A DNA stretch of 64,000 nt from Candidatus Woesearchaeota archaeon (GTDB lineage Archaea > Nanobdellota > Nanobdellia > Pacearchaeales > GW2011-AR1), in NCBI GenBank assembly GCA_964534185.1, contig CAZHOH010000003.1:1955-65954 (forward strand), read 5' to 3'. The notes below the pieces were generated by a model. It was not told the DNA's origin and did no database searches. It saw only the letters and a list, made by a program, of their open reading frames with translations. Position numbers and translations under genes: made by a program. Numbering within the stretch: the first letter of the stretch is position 1; the number at the start of each line of letters is the position of its first letter. Below, one piece after another: positions 62,098 through 64,000 of this stretch.

Positions 62098-63729
62098 ATG
62101 TATATTGCAAAGCAGAATGTTTCAGGGAGGGATTATTTTTATATTCGGAAAAGTGTGCGTGAAGGTGATAAAGTGAAATCGAAAATGGTTGCTTATGGTG
62201 GGAAGACGTGGGAGGATGCTGAGGAAAAATTGAGGGAGTTGGAGAAGGGGGATGATTTTGAAGAGATAAAAATAAGTATTGAAGAGCTTGGGAGTTTTTG
62301 TAAGAGGAAAGGTTTTGTTTATCCGTCTGGAGAGTTGTATGGGGGTTTGGGAGGTTTTTGGGATTATGGTGTTTTGGGTGTTGAGCTTAAGAATAATATT
62401 AAAGGAGAGTGGTGGGGTTTTCATGTTAGGCAGAGAGATGATATGGGGGGGATTGATGGGGCTATTGTGACTAATCCAAAAGTTTGGGAGGCTTCTGGAC
62501 ATGTTGGGAGTTTTGTTGATGTTGCAGTTGTTAATAAAAAGACAGGTGAGAAATTTAAGGTTGATAAGCATGAGGTTGCAGAGTATGAAGACAATGATGA
62601 TTTTGAAGTTAGAGGAGAGTTTAATCCAATGTTTACCACTAAAGTCGGTCCTGTTGAAGAAGATAGTTTGAAAGCTTATTTGAGGCCAGAGACTGCTCAG
62701 TTGATTTTTGCGAATTTTAAGAGTGTTTGGGAGAATGCGCGTTTGAAATTACCTTGTGGTATTGCACAGGTTGGAAAGGCGTTTAGGAATGAAATTTCTC
62801 CTAGGGAATTTATTTTTAGGAGCAGGGAGTTTGAACAGATGGAGATTGAATATTTTATTGCGCCTGATGCGGATTGTCCTTATATTGAAGATGTTAAGGG
62901 AACTAGTGTTGAGATTTATAGTGAGGAAATGCAGAAGGCAGGTTTTGAAAAAGGAGATGTTATGGATATTTATGATGCGTGGAAAAATGGAGTAATTAAA
63001 AATCCGTGGCATGCTTATTGGATTAGTGTTGAATTGGAATGGTTTTTGAAACTTGGAGCTAATAAAAATAAGTTTAGGGTTAGGCAGCATGTTTCTGATG
63101 AGAGGTCTCATTATTCTTCTGATACGTGGGATTTGGAGTTTGAGTTTCCGATGGGTTGGAGAGAGTTAGAGGGTTTTGCTGATAGGAGTGATTATGACTT
63201 GAGACAGCATGAGAAATTTAGTAAAAAGAGTATGGAGGTTGATGATCCTAAATATGGGAAAGTTGTGCCCCATGTTGTTTGCGAGCCGTCGTTGGGTGTT
63301 GAAAGAGCTTTTTTGGTTTTTATGTTGAGTAGTTATACTTATGACTCTAAAAGAGATAATGTTGTTTTGAAACTTAATCCTAAGATTGCACCTGTGAAAG
63401 CTGCTGTTTTTCCAATTATTAAAAAGTCAGAGTATGAAGAAATTGCTGATAAGATTGTTAAGGATTTAAGGAAGAAGTGGAATATTGTTTATGATAGGTC
63501 TGGAAGTATTGGTAGGAGGTATGCGCGAAATGATGAAATTGGGACACCAATGTGCATAACTATCGACGATAAAACTCCTGAAGATGATAGTGTGACAATT
63601 CGTGACAGAGATAGTACTAATCAGGTTAGGGTTAAGATTAAAGATTTGAAAAAGGTAGTTCAGGGGGTTGTTGATGGTAAAAGTCTGTTGAAATTTGGGG
63701 AGAGGGTTGAAACGAGGGTTAAAGAATAA
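62098..63729 (+). CDS. glycyl-tRNA synthetase (archaeal/eukaryotic dimeric type) with ~50-aa N-terminal extension
   Basis: RKGFVYPSGELYGGLGGFWDYGVLGVELKNNI, class II motifs (FRNEISPR, GVERAF), C-terminal anticodon-binding domain. Confidence 0.9.
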   Translation: MYIAKQNVSGRDYFYIRKSVREGDKVKSKMVAYGGKTWEDAEEKLRELEKGDDFEEIKISIEELGSFCKRKGFVYPSGELYGGLGGFWDYGVLGVELKNNIKGEWWGFHVRQRDDMGGIDGAIVTNPKVWEASGHVGSFVDVAVVNKKTGEKFKVDKHEVAEYEDNDDFEVRGEFNPMFTTKVGPVEEDSLKAYLRPETAQLIFANFKSVWENARLKLPCGIAQVGKAFRNEISPREFIFRSREFEQMEIEYFIAPDADCPYIEDVKGTSVEIYSEEMQKAGFEKGDVMDIYDAWKNGVIKNPWHAYWISVELEWFLKLGANKNKFRVRQHVSDERSHYSSDTWDLEFEFPMGWRELEGFADRSDYDLRQHEKFSKKSMEVDDPKYGKVVPHVVCEPSLGVERAFLVFMLSSYTYDSKRDNVVLKLNPKIAPVKAAVFPIIKKSEYEEIADKIVKDLRKKWNIVYDRSGSIGRRYARNDEIGTPMCITIDDKTPEDDSVTIRDRDSTNQVRVKIKDLKKVVQGVVDGKSLLKFGERVETRVKE

Positions 63730-64000
63730 TTATAAAAAATAAAAATAAAAAAGAAAATTATGAAGGTTTACTTCTTTTTCTTTTTAGCAGCTTTTTTCTT
63801 TGCCATTTTTTCGGCTCCTCCTTGTAGTATTATGATTATTTATCGAAGAGAAATAACGATTTTTAAATTTGCTTTTCATTTAATTTATAGTTTATTGCTG
63901 TTTAGTTTATAAATTTATCTTGTCTTTTTTGAAGGACAGCATTAGTGTAGGAAATTTTTTTTGGGAAATTTTTATAAACGATATATCTTTGTGTTTTTTA

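Noticed and set aside
63768-63806. 12-codon Lys-rich ORF (MAKKKAAKKKKK) on the - strand, preceded by AGGAGG.
   Set aside because: Too short to support. It could be a tiny basic peptide or chance; no homology argument is possible by eye.
1-64000. Known defence or diversity systems (CRISPR-Cas, restriction-modification, retrons, DGR reverse transcriptase), rRNA, RNase P RNA or SRP RNA.
   Set aside because: No reverse transcriptase, cas, methyltransferase or endonuclease signatures were recognised. No long GC-rich non-coding segment of suitable size was found either. Absence by eye is not proof.

Overview
AT-rich archaeal chromosome segment; small proteins and reduced gene content suggest a DPANN-type lineage (inference). 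Archaeal identity rests on RadA, TFB, aEF-1beta, aIF2-alpha plus an untracked Nop10, ribosomal proteins S15/S3Ae/L44e/S8e, SRP54/FtsY, Bud32, GINS, RPA, a RecJ/GAN-like DHH protein, an Sm protein, and a tRNA-Thr with a canonical 37/38 intron. Five tRNA genes were found by eye; no rRNA, CRISPR array, cas gene or reverse transcriptase was seen. Accessory content: (1) an operon of prepilin-type (class III signal peptide, +1 Gln) proteins at 0.7-3.2 kb, with an A24 prepilin peptidase at 4.9 kb; (2) HicAB and two VapBC-like toxin-antitoxin pairs; (3) a Shine-Dalgarno-using heavy-metal island at 22.6-29.6 kb (DUF411, ArsR, DUF302, CopA, Cys-motif membrane proteins, recurring GG-x-C C-terminal tails); (4) the top candidate for a new system, at 37.2-48.3 kb. 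There, two prepilin-like proteins bracket a 1907-aa secreted protein ending in a lytic-transglycosylase domain, followed by a secreted protein with two peptidoglycan-binding repeats and a Cys/His hydrolase-like domain. This is murein-targeting machinery in an organism that should have no murein, and it abuts a tRNA-Leu with att-like debris. (5) A 3.9-kb nucleotide-sanitation cassette at 52.0-56.0 kb has deviant composition, a truncated IS6-like transposase and ~50-bp flanking direct repeats. Window-wide, the + strand is G+T-rich regardless of gene orientation, so codon usage is strand-specific. A 59-nt multi-hairpin element occurs twice at about 93% identity. All calls come from motif recognition by eye; no database search was run.
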